Shown here piece after piece: positions 1-7,270 of a stretch of DNA of 16,028 nt. A program made the position numbers and the translations under genes. The stretch comes from a virus. The DNA lies in the UHGV virus genome UHGV-1911926. One strand, given 5' to 3'. Within the stretch, counting starts at the first letter, position 1. Each line of letters starts with the position of its first letter. The notes below the pieces were generated by a model, which searched no databases, was not told the origin of the DNA, and saw only the letters and a program-made list of their open reading frames with translations.

Positions 1-512
1 CGACACCGGAAGCCGATTCAGCGTATGCGCTGAAAGCCGATTCGGGCGCTGTGCAGCAGGTGATGACCGCAAGGCCGGAGCAATCACACCAACTGCAGCA
101 GCCCGAAGCCGATTCCGCCATTCAGCGGGAAGCCGATCGGGTAGTCCCGGAAAACACCGGGCAGTCTGTGGGACGAGTGGATTATCCGGATGTGTTCGAA
201 CAGGTCTGGCGGGAGTACCCGTTGCGTGCTGGGGCAAACCCGAAGAAATCCGCTTTCAGTGCCTGGAAGGCCAGATTACGCGAGGGGGTGCCACCAGAGG
301 CCATGCTGGATGGCGTGAGGCGTTACGCAAGATACTTGGCGGCTACCGGGAAAACGGGAACGGAATTTGTTCAGCGAGCGACGACGTTTTTTGGACCGGA
401 CCGGAATTTTGAGAACCCCTGGTTGCTCCCGGTAAGCGGCACGAACAACCAGCGTTGTGTGAATCATATTTCTGAACCGGATAACGAAATTCCGCCGGGC
501 TTCAGGGGGTAA
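1..512 (+). CDS. Hypothetical phage early protein, 5'-partial (frame is open to window start); possibly a replication initiator C-terminal region given in-frame iteron-like repeats
   Basis: Reading frame of the 51..512 ORF has no stop back to position 3; stop at 510-512. Contains four GAAGCCGAT(T)C repeats. Family not recognised with certainty. Confidence 0.6.
   Translation, partial: TPEADSAYALKADSGAVQQVMTARPEQSHQLQQPEADSAIQREADRVVPENTGQSVGRVDYPDVFEQVWREYPLRAGANPKKSAFSAWKARLREGVPPEAMLDGVRRYARYLAATGKTGTEFVQRATTFFGPDRNFENPWLLPVSGTNNQRCVNHISEPDNEIPPGFRG
9..138. repeat. Four direct copies of GAAGCCGAT(T)C at 9-19, 33-43, 105-115, 129-138 (spacing 24/72/24 bp); iteron-like
   Basis: Seen directly in sequence; the 24-bp periodicity and position inside an early-region ORF resemble origin iterons embedded in lambdoid O-type genes, but could be a protein-level EADS/KADS repeat only. 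Confidence 0.4.
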
Positions 513-552
513 GTGTTAATTTCTGGTCATGAGGTAATTTTCAGGAGGGCTT

Positions 553-975
553 GTGGCAAAAGTTTTTACACAAGAAGAGCGGGAAAAAATTAAAGGACAG
601 GTTGTTGAACTCGTACGCCAGAGTGGGCGTGAGACGTTACGGCAACTGGAAGTCAAGACAGGTGCGACAAGATATCTGATGAGCGTTCTCGCAAGAGAGC
701 TGGTTGCCAGCGGCGATGTATGCAACTCTGGTTACGGGTTATTCCCGTCTGAACAGGCGCGTAAGGACTGGCAAAATGCCCGTAAAAAGCTCTCAAGGGC
801 AAAGCTGAAGAAACCATCTGCGGTTGATCCGGACCTTATCTGGTCATTACCTGACGGAGAAATACGTCGCTACGACAGGCGTCAGAACATAATCTGTCGC
901 GAGTGCCGGAAGAGTGAAGTTATGCAGCGCATATTGTCGTTTTATCAGGGTGATGTTCGGTATTTATTGAAGTGA
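553..975 (+). CDS. Hypothetical protein (140 aa), GTG start
   Basis: ORF with AGGAGGG at 543-549 just upstream of GTG 553; stop TGA 973-975. No family recognised. Confidence 0.6.
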   Translation: MAKVFTQEEREKIKGQVVELVRQSGRETLRQLEVKTGATRYLMSVLARELVASGDVCNSGYGLFPSEQARKDWQNARKKLSRAKLKKPSAVDPDLIWSLPDGEIRRYDRRQNIICRECRKSEVMQRILSFYQGDVRYLLK

Positions 976-1106
976 CGAGATTAAAGTGCATTAGTTCAGA
1001 TGCAAATTGACATTTTGTGGCACAGGGTAGAGCTAGCGTGGTTGTCCGCTTTGTGCCAATAGCGGACATTGCTGGCTCATGGTATGTTAGTTTAAGGAGG
1101 CAGGTT

Positions 1107-2129
1107 ATGCCCTGTATTTCGCTGTGGTATAATAGTTGCGCAATTGATACAAGGGAGCGTTACATCGTGAAAATTGTTTTCGAGGTTAATGGAAAGAAAG
1201 TTCCACTAAAATCTTTAAAATACATAAGCAAAAAAGATCAACTCGAAGTAATGAAAAACTGGTTCTTTGAAAACTTTGAAGATCCGGCAAATGCTTGTCC
1301 GTATGAAAGTAGAGAAGGTGGCTATGCTTACATATATGGCGGGCCGTATGATGCGAGCGAAGAACTACAATCCATCTTCGGTCAATATGTTAAATCTGAG
1401 TATATTGAGGAATTAGTAGATGAATTACAAACACAATGTTTTGACTGGTCTGGAAACTCAAATAATATAGATGATTGGTACGATGATGATATCTACGACG
1501 CTGTAACGTCTTCCGGTAATCCGTATTTAAAATTCATTGATAATATCGATAAAATAAAAAAACTTGCAAAAGATAAAACTGAACAACAGCAAAAAAACCA
1601 CTTGCTTAGTTTGCTCTACACGAATGTTATTACAGCTTTGGAAACGCTTTATGTTGAGCTATTCATTAATTCTATAGAGAAAGATGATGTCTACATAGCC
1701 AATTGTATAGAAAAAGGTAAGACTGAATTTAAAGTAAGCAAAGATATTGCTGCGTTGCCTTTCAAGGGTGAACCCATCGAGAAAATTAGGGGAGAGCTAA
1801 TCAGGTCAATCAAGGAACACTTGATCAGTGCAAGCTGGCATAGCACTAAAAAGGTAATCGACCGCTATGAAGCTACATTCGATATAAAAGTACAAAAAGA
1901 CTGTCCGATAGAAGCTATTGAATTGGCAACCCTCAATCGAAATCACTTAGTGCATCGTGGTGGAAAGGATAAAGAAGGGAACCTCGTAGTGATTACAGAC
2001 CAGGATCTTGAAACGCTGATTGAAAATGCATCGAACCTGGCAATTATGCTCTACAACAGTTTAAATGTAGCAACGAATAAAACCACCATTTTGCAACCAG
2101 ATGACAAACCGTTCATTCATGAATTTTAA
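1107..2129 (+). CDS. Cassette gene A: hypothetical protein with HEPN-like R-x4-H motif (NRNHLVHRGG) in the C-terminal region; putative RNase-type effector
   Basis: Long ORF (track 1017..2129). Preferred start ATG 1107 with AGGAGG at 1095-1100 (6-nt spacing); alternative GTG 1167 with GGGAG at 1153-1157. Strongly AT-rich compared with flanks. The R-x4-H motif matches the HEPN signature described by Anantharaman et al.; the assignment is inference, not a database hit. Confidence 0.6.
   Translation: MPCISLWYNSCAIDTRERYIVKIVFEVNGKKVPLKSLKYISKKDQLEVMKNWFFENFEDPANACPYESREGGYAYIYGGPYDASEELQSIFGQYVKSEYIEELVDELQTQCFDWSGNSNNIDDWYDDDIYDAVTSSGNPYLKFIDNIDKIKKLAKDKTEQQQKNHLLSLLYTNVITALETLYVELFINSIEKDDVYIANCIEKGKTEFKVSKDIAALPFKGEPIEKIRGELIRSIKEHLISASWHSTKKVIDRYEATFDIKVQKDCPIEAIELATLNRNHLVHRGGKDKEGNLVVITDQDLETLIENASNLAIMLYNSLNVATNKTTILQPDDKPFIHEF
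1125..1133 (+). promoter_or_regulatory. Extended -10-like element TGgTATAAT
   Basis: Exact TGnTATAAT match at 1125-1133, just upstream of the alternative GTG start (1167) of the AT-rich cassette; no good -35. Speculative. Confidence 0.25.
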
Positions 2130-2144
2130 TAGCGCAGGTCATAC

Positions 2145-3146
2145 ATGGATATTCGCACACGAAAGACAAAATTTTTAGAGTCGTTAGATTCAACTGAAGT
2201 GATACGCAAAGCAGTAAGTCTCGCTATAGATTGCATTATTGATAATCATAATAGTAATGAAGATACCCCCTTAGTTATTACCAGCTATGATGATCTCTGT
2301 AGAATCCAGGTGCTAAATTATGTACAGGAGTTTTGCGAAGCTGCATTCCCTGATATGGATGAATATTACTTTAGTCCTAACATACTTCGCATCAACGGCA
2401 AGACTAGTGAAGAAGCTTGTATTAACTTAATTAAACTCTTAAGAAGTACAAAAGGCATGCTATTCTGGTCCGATGCCCCATCGTGGTTCGCTAGCCTCCC
2501 CGACGGATTATTCCATGTTGTTAACATTGATCAAAAAATCGTTACTCGCGGCCTTAATAAGAAAAACTCTAAGCCGACAATAATCAATAAAGATTACAGT
2601 GTAGATACACTACTATCAGAGCTATTTTTGAATGGCGCACACATGGAGCAACCCAACGTACACAACGTTTCTGAGGGAAACATGAAGTTCTATGATGAAT
2701 GCCATGCTGGATTAATCAGACCAATACCCGCTCCAATAGGCGCGTCATACGATGAAGAGATCACAATTAATTCTCCAGATTGGCAAAAGCTCGCGTGTGT
2801 AGCTTTACGCCGCTATCAGTCGAAGGAATGTCATGACGGAATGCAATGGGATACAACCGATCATGGTTGGACTGATGTAATCGCGTATCCATTCGTCGAA
2901 GAAATACAATCAATGGATAATAGTGGTTATCGACAATGTTTAGTTGGGCTGGTCACAATAAACAATTCAAATGCAAATTCTCCGTACCTATCTACCGTTT
3001 GGATACATCCATTTTATCGCAGGAGAGGGTTATTAAGTAAGTTATGGCCAAAATTACAAGAGTTATATGGAAGTAACTTCGAAATTGAGCGACCTAATGA
3101 AAATATGAAAGCATTTCTGAAAAGTGCGAAACACGCAGATTACTAA
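2145..3146 (+). CDS. Cassette gene B: hypothetical protein (333 aa), co-oriented 15 bp downstream of gene A; weak GNAT-like segment (WIHPFYRRRGLL) near C-terminus
   Basis: ORF 2145..3146, same AT-rich composition as gene A, operon-like spacing. No confident family assignment; the GNAT resemblance is weak. Confidence 0.6.
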   Translation: MDIRTRKTKFLESLDSTEVIRKAVSLAIDCIIDNHNSNEDTPLVITSYDDLCRIQVLNYVQEFCEAAFPDMDEYYFSPNILRINGKTSEEACINLIKLLRSTKGMLFWSDAPSWFASLPDGLFHVVNIDQKIVTRGLNKKNSKPTIINKDYSVDTLLSELFLNGAHMEQPNVHNVSEGNMKFYDECHAGLIRPIPAPIGASYDEEITINSPDWQKLACVALRRYQSKECHDGMQWDTTDHGWTDVIAYPFVEEIQSMDNSGYRQCLVGLVTINNSNANSPYLSTVWIHPFYRRRGLLSKLWPKLQELYGSNFEIERPNENMKAFLKSAKHADY

Positions 3147-3257
3147 TTTATGAATCAGTCTGTGGAGTTAGGGTTGGTGTCAACAAGTAGGGTAAGAGCC
3201 TCAACGTGATGCTATGCCGACCTGCTCCCTGAGAATTCACACAGAAGGCTGCTAGCA

Positions 3258-3548
3258 ATGTCTGCAGATCGCTCAAAGCGGACTAGAAGGTTAGCTTGCG
3301 TCGGACTTGGCGTATTTAAAGAAGTGCTGGTGGTGACTGGTTGTTGTGTTCCATTTCTACAGAACAAAATCACAGAAACTATACCCAATAGTTATATTGA
3401 ATCAATGATGAGACAGCCTCATATTTATCAGAACTGGTGTACGTCCAATACAGGAGGTTGTCGTGCTGGTTCTCAAATGTGCGCTAGCTATTGCGGCTGT
3501 AATGGCAATTTATTGTCTTGCTGTTGTTCTTATGGATCGCCTTTCTGA
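3258..3548 (+). CDS. Hypothetical small cysteine-rich protein (96 aa; C-terminal ~45 aa carry 11 Cys)
   Basis: ORF with GAAGG at 3244-3249 and ATG 3258. Could be spurious; no family recognised. Confidence 0.3.
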   Translation: MSADRSKRTRRLACVGLGVFKEVLVVTGCCVPFLQNKITETIPNSYIESMMRQPHIYQNWCTSNTGGCRAGSQMCASYCGCNGNLLSCCCSYGSPF

Positions 3549-3606
3549 TTGATTTTATATTGGCGAGGTGACGGGAGTTAAGTAGAATTGCTGCGGGTGC
3601 TTGAGG

Positions 3607-3642
3607 CTATCTGCCTCAGGCATGAACACCAAAGGCAGATAG
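3607..3642 (+). other. Perfect 10-bp inverted repeat (CTATCTGCCT / AGGCAGATAG) with 16-nt loop, upstream of hok
   Basis: Seen directly; no U-tract follows, so a regulatory or mRNA-folding element rather than a terminator. Confidence 0.4.
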
Positions 3643-3763
3643 AGAAAAGCCCCAGTTAATATTACGCGTCCTGCAAGACGCTTAACATTAATCTGAGGCT
3701 CAATCTATGAACGGCAAATCTAGGTTAGCCTCTTACGTGCCGAAAGGCAAGGAGAAGCAGGCT

Positions 3764-3919
3764 ATGAAGCAGCAAAAGGCGATGTTAATCGCCCTGATCG
3801 TCATCTGTTTAACCGTCATAGTGACGGCACTGGTAACGAGGAAAGACCTCTGCGAGGTACGAATCCGAACCGGCCAGACGGAGGTCGCTGTCTTCACAGT
3901 TTACGAACCTGAGGAGTAA
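3764..3919 (+). CDS. hokD: Hok/Gef-family type I toxin (51 aa; MKQQKAMLIALIVICLTVIVTALVTRKDLCEVRIRTGQTEVAVFTVYEPEE), HokD/RelF-like
   Basis: Protein is near-identical to my recollection of E. coli HokD/RelF (single transmembrane helix, conserved C-E-V/R-T-G-Q-T-E-V-A motif). The ORF track shows an in-frame upstream extension from 3707; ATG 3764 is preceded by AAGGAG at 3745-3750. Confidence 0.85.
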   Translation: MKQQKAMLIALIVICLTVIVTALVTRKDLCEVRIRTGQTEVAVFTVYEPEE

Positions 3920-3926
3920 GAGACCC

Positions 3927-3948
3927 GGCGAGGGAGAAATCCCTCGCC
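3927..3948 (+). other. 9-bp stem hairpin with GAAA loop (GGCGAGGGA-GAAA-TCCCTCGCC) immediately 3' of hok
   Basis: Seen directly; hok mRNAs are known to carry extensive 3' structure (fold-back elements). Confidence 0.4.
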
Positions 3949-3987
3949 ACCTCTGATGTGTCAGGCATCCTCAACGCACCCGCACGT

Positions 3988-4016
3988 AACCCGCTTCGGC
4001 GGGTTTTGTTTTTTCC
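3988..4016 (+). terminator. Intrinsic terminator (CCCGC-TTCG-GCGGG followed by TTTTGTTTTTTCC)
   Basis: GC stem with tetraloop and U-tract downstream of hok. Confidence 0.65.
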
Positions 4017-4086
4017 TGGCATTCTGGTTTACAATTCGCACGCCAGCCTGAACAACTGGCACCTGCTGCGCCAGCAGAGACAACCG

Positions 4087-4365
4087 ATGGCGCACGATAC
4101 CAAATTACACAATTCTGATGATTCTGCCGTCTTTGCCAGCAGGCACGGGCGGCGTTCCCGCACTTTCAAATCTGACTGGTTCCAGCATCCCCCATGCACT
4201 GAAGAACAGGCCGAGTGGCTAATTCAGTGCTACCGCAGACACGGATACGAGATTAAGAAAGCCCTCAGCCTCGATTATCGTCACTGGATAATCTCCGTCA
4301 GGCTTCCTTACTCCGAACGATCACCGCGTCCGTCCCGCACATTCCAGCAACGCATCTGGAGGTAA
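4087..4365 (+). CDS. Hypothetical phage protein (92 aa); positionally equivalent to rem in the Qin hokD-rem-ydfU-quuQ block
   Basis: Track ORF 3958..4365 begins inside the hok terminator; the first in-frame ATG after the terminator is 4087. The stop at 4363-4365 abuts the next gene's RBS. Start is uncertain. Confidence 0.4.
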   Translation: MAHDTKLHNSDDSAVFASRHGRRSRTFKSDWFQHPPCTEEQAEWLIQCYRRHGYEIKKALSLDYRHWIISVRLPYSERSPRPSRTFQQRIWR

Positions 4366-4366
4366 C

Positions 4367-5496
4367 GTGCGAGTATTACTTCGACCTGTTCTGGTACCGG
4401 AACTCGGGCTGGTGATCGTTAAGCCGGGCCGTGAATCCATGCCGGTATTCCACAATACCCGGGTACTGGTGGAGCCGGAACCGAAAAGCATGCGTAATCT
4501 GCCGTCCGGGGTTGTTCCTGCCGTTCGCCAGCCGCTAGTGGAAGACAAAACATTGCTGCCGTTTTTCAGTAACGCACGGGTGATTCGTGCTGCTGGTGGT
4601 GCTGGTGCATTGTCTGACTGGCTGTTGCGCCATATTAAATCCTGCCAGTGGCCACACGGCGATTATCATCACAGCGAAACCGTCATTCACCGTTATGGTA
4701 CCGGCGCAATGGTGTTGTGCTGGCACTGCGACAACCAGCTGCGTGACCAGACATCCGAATCACTCGAGCAACTTGCTCATCAAAACCTGTCAGCATGGAT
4801 GATTGACGTCATACTCCATGCAATGAATGGCTCGCAGGAACGGGAATTATCGCTGGCTGAATTATCCTGGTGTGCGGTCCGCAATCAGGTGGCGGACGCG
4901 CTACCGGAAGCGGTATTACGTCGTTCGCTGGGGTTGCGTGCGGAAAAAATCCGCTCAATGTACCGTGAAAGCGACATCGTACCGGGAGAGCAGACCGCCA
5001 CCAGCATACTGAAGCAGCGCACAAAAAATCTTGCGCCGCTGCCTCACGCCCACCAGCAAAACCCGCCACAGGAAGAGNNNNNNNNNNNNNNNNNNNNNNN
5101 NNNNNNNNNNNNNNNNNNNNNNNNNNNNNNNNNNNNNNNNNNNNNNNNNNNNNNNNNNNNNNNGTCAGCATTGCCGTTGATCCTGAGTCTCCGGAATCTT
5201 TCATGAAACGACCTAAACGTCGCCGCTGGGTTAACGAGAAATACACACGCTGGGTGAAGACACAGCCGTGTGCGTGTTGTGGTAAGCCAGCCGACGATCC
5301 CCATCACCTGATTGGTCATGGTCAGGGCGGAATGGGGACAAAATCTCACGATATTTTCACGCTACCGCTGTGTCGGGAGCATCACAACGAGCTTCATGCG
5401 GATCCTCTGGCGTTCGAAGAAAAGCATGGTTCTCAGGTTGATTTAATTTTTCGTTTTCTTGATCACGCCTTTGCAACTGGCGTGCTTGGGTAAAAG
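4367..5496 (+). CDS. DUF968-like (YdfU-like) prophage protein with C-terminal Cys/His cluster (CACCGK...HHLIGH...CREHHNELH); interrupted by an assembly gap
   Basis: GTG 4367 preceded by GGAGG at 4356-4360. Open frame to the N-run; a second open frame resumes right after the gap and runs to 5496. The frame differs across the gap (gap length presumably arbitrary). Family call from memory of Qin ydfU context. Confidence 0.65.
5078..5163. other. Assembly gap (86 N)
   Basis: Run of N in the sequence. Confidence 1.
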
Positions 5497-5505
5497 AGGT
5501 GACTG

Positions 5506-5880
5506 ATGCTCATAGATTTGGTTTTACCTTACCCGCCGACGGTGAACACTTACTGGCGACGCCGTGGCAGCACATATTTTATCTCGGAGGAGGGAAAGCG
5601 TTATCGCCGGGCTGTGGCGCTTATTGTTCGCCAGCAGCGGCTGAAATTAAGCCTGTCCGGAAGGCTGGCGATAAAGGTGATTGCAGAGCCACCGGATAAG
5701 CGTCGTCGCGACCTGGACAATATCCTGAAAGCACCGCTGGATGCGCTGACGCATGCGGGAGTGTTAATGGACGATGAGCAGTTTGATGAAATCAATATCG
5801 TTCGTGGTCAGCCAGTATCTGGTGGACGTATGGGGGTGAAGATTTACCCCATAATGCATGAAGAGCAGGTCAAAAAATGA
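5506..5880 (+). CDS. rusA: RusA-family Holliday junction resolvase
   Basis: 124-aa product with the PDKRRRDLDNILKAPLDALTHAG motif resembling E. coli RusA ([23 protein letters not shown]); AGAGG RBS at 5494-5498. Confidence 0.85.
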   Translation: MLIDLVLPYPPTVNTYWRRRGSTYFISEEGKRYRRAVALIVRQQRLKLSLSGRLAIKVIAEPPDKRRRDLDNILKAPLDALTHAGVLMDDEQFDEINIVRGQPVSGGRMGVKIYPIMHEEQVKK

Positions 5881-6698
5881 AACTGGAAGATTTACCGAAA
5901 TACTACTCCCCAAAATCCCCTGGCCTGACCGATGCATCGGCCTCAACGTCAAAAGATGCGCTGAGTATCACTGATGTGATGGCCGCGCAGGGCATGACAC
6001 AGAATCGGGCTGAGATGGGGTTTTCTGCGTTCCTGGGGAAAATGGGCATCAGTATGAATGACAGGGCGCGGGCAACAGAATTACTGGCAGATTATGCACT
6101 CAGTCGGTGCGATCGTGTGGCGGCGTTGAGAAAACTTCCGGCAGAAATAAAACCGGTAGTGATGCGCATTATGGCTTCGTATGCGTTTGAAGATTATGCC
6201 CGTAGCGCGGCGAGCAAAAAACAGTGCCCTTGCTGTCACGGAAAAAAATTTATTGAAAGCGAGGTTTTTACAAACAAGATCCAGTATCCGGATGGTAAGC
6301 CACCAGTGTGGGCAAAGTGCACAAAAGGCGTGTATCCGTCTTACTGGGAAGAATGGAAAAAAGTCAGGGAGGTGGTAAAAGTTGCCTGTCCGGAGTGTGG
6401 CGGAAAGGGTGAGGTTTCCACCGCCTGTAAGGATTGCCGTGGGCGTGGTGTCGCCATTCATCGTGAAGAGTCGGTAAAACGTGGTATGCCTGTTATCAGA
6501 GATTGCCAGCGTTGTGGTGGTCGTGGCTGTGAAAGGCTGCCATCAACGGAGGCATTTAATGCCATATGCAAAGTGACGAGTGCTATCACGCTTGATACGT
6601 GGAAAAAATCAGTGAAACGCTTTTACGATACGTTGGTGGTTCGGTTTGACATTGAAGAGGCATGGGCGGAGCGGCAGTTAAAGAGGGTAACGCGATAG
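5877..6698 (+). CDS. Putative late-gene antiterminator Q (QuuQ/phage-82-like), with four CxxC-x-G-type zinc-finger motifs
   Basis: Start overlaps the rusA stop (ATGA). Position between rusA and a promoter/terminator pair is the canonical Q location. Motifs CPCCHGKKF, CPECGGKGE, CKDCRGRGV, CQRCGGRGC. Family assignment is inference. Confidence 0.5.
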   Translation: MKLEDLPKYYSPKSPGLTDASASTSKDALSITDVMAAQGMTQNRAEMGFSAFLGKMGISMNDRARATELLADYALSRCDRVAALRKLPAEIKPVVMRIMASYAFEDYARSAASKKQCPCCHGKKFIESEVFTNKIQYPDGKPPVWAKCTKGVYPSYWEEWKKVREVVKVACPECGGKGEVSTACKDCRGRGVAIHREESVKRGMPVIRDCQRCGGRGCERLPSTEAFNAICKVTSAITLDTWKKSVKRFYDTLVVRFDIEEAWAERQLKRVTR

Positions 6699-6703
6699 TG
6701 TTG

Positions 6704-6731
6704 TTGATTTTTCCCGAATCTGTGGTAAATT
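6704..6731 (+). promoter_or_regulatory. Candidate late promoter (pR'-like): TTGATT, 16-nt spacer, TGgTAAATT
   Basis: Sigma70-like hexamers with extended -10 TG, immediately downstream of the Q-like gene. Confidence 0.3.
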
Positions 6732-6780
6732 TGCTCTAACGATGGGCGTTTTATGCCTGACGTTAGAAGATTTTTTACAC

Positions 6781-6803
6781 CCCGCCGCCTGGCGGGTTTT
6801 TTA
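6781..6803 (+). terminator. Intrinsic terminator (CCCGCC-GCCT-GGCGGG + TTTTTT), tR'-like
   Basis: Perfect 6-bp GC stem with U-tract about 50 nt downstream of the candidate late promoter; homologous copy at 11298..11319. Confidence 0.6.
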
Positions 6804-6922
6804 TGACTGAAATCGCGTCAGTACAGTAAACGCGCTGGTGGCGGTGAATACCTGTCTTTCAGCTTGCTGGCTTTTTCGACAAGAGTTATTGGTGTGTCAC
6901 GTTAACCGGAAAAGGAAAAGAC

Positions 6923-7120
6923 ATGCTAAAACAGCAGGATATGACAGAAACCGCCAGAGTGGTGTTTAATGAATTAAGCGTTACCGACCCGGCGACAGTC
7001 GGGGAGATAGCGCAGAATACTTACCTTTCACGCGAACGCTGCCAGTTAATACTGACTCAGCTGGTTATGGCGGGTCTGGCAGACTATCAGTTCGGTTGTT
7101 ACAGACGCCTTCCGCAGTGA
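6923..7120 (+). CDS. Small hypothetical protein (65 aa), possible winged-helix/HTH; paralog of 11442..11645
   Basis: AAGGAAAAG RBS upstream of ATG 6923. Shares MLKQQDMTETA...RCQLILTQLV.AGLA with the second copy. Stop codon lies in the loop of a terminator hairpin. Confidence 0.5.
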   Translation: MLKQQDMTETARVVFNELSVTDPATVGEIAQNTYLSRERCQLILTQLVMAGLADYQFGCYRRLPQ

Positions 7121-7131
7121 AGGCTTTTTTA
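7107..7131 (+). terminator. Hairpin GCCTTC-CGCAGT-GAAGGC + TTTTTT overlapping the stop of the small ORF
   Basis: Seen directly; weaker equivalent at 11636..11656 in the second copy. Confidence 0.45.
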
Positions 7132-7147
7132 TTTGTGGTAAATGGGC

Positions 7148-7178
7148 GGCTGGTGGGTGTTAGGGGCACCCACCAGCC
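7148..7178 (+). other. Perfect 12-bp GC-rich inverted repeat (GGCTGGTGGGTG / CACCCACCAGCC) with 7-nt loop in the methyltransferase leader
   Basis: Seen directly; a diverged copy (two mismatches in the 3' arm) at 11673..11703. Confidence 0.5.
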
Positions 7179-7270
7179 ATCTGCTCATGCGTCCGGATCA
7201 CAAGCAAACCTCAGGCCCACTGCTTTGCGCAAAAGCAGAATGAGCCTATCAGAGACAGGCTTAATGATCC

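Noticed and set aside
276-725. Minus-strand ORFs 276..467 and 516..725
   Set aside because: Antisense shadow ORFs overlapping better-supported plus-strand genes; no RBS or recognisable product.
1017-1106. Upstream extension of gene A to the track start at 1017
   Set aside because: The extension is GC-rich unlike the gene body and lacks an RBS; ATG 1107 has a consensus AGGAGG.
3616-3967. Short direct repeat TCAGGCAT flanking the hok locus (3616-3623 and 3960-3967)
   Set aside because: Only 8 bp, expected by chance at this scale; insufficient to call a target-site duplication.
3958-4086. N-terminal extension of the 3958..4365 ORF
   Set aside because: It would overlap the hok 3' hairpin and intrinsic terminator; the first ATG after the terminator (4087) is the more plausible start.
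4321-5349. Multiple overlapping ORFs on both strands inside the DUF968-like gene (4321..4548-, 4535..4726-, 4587..4802+, 4809..5246-, 4827..5012+, 5044..5349-)
   Set aside because: Shadow frames in a GC-rich gene; several are extended artificially through the N-run.
5499-6461. ORFs 5499..5699, 5601..5795-, 5764..5952-, 6081..6461-, 6181..6378 overlapping rusA and Q
   Set aside because: Alternative-frame or antisense overlaps with genes that have clear homology or context.
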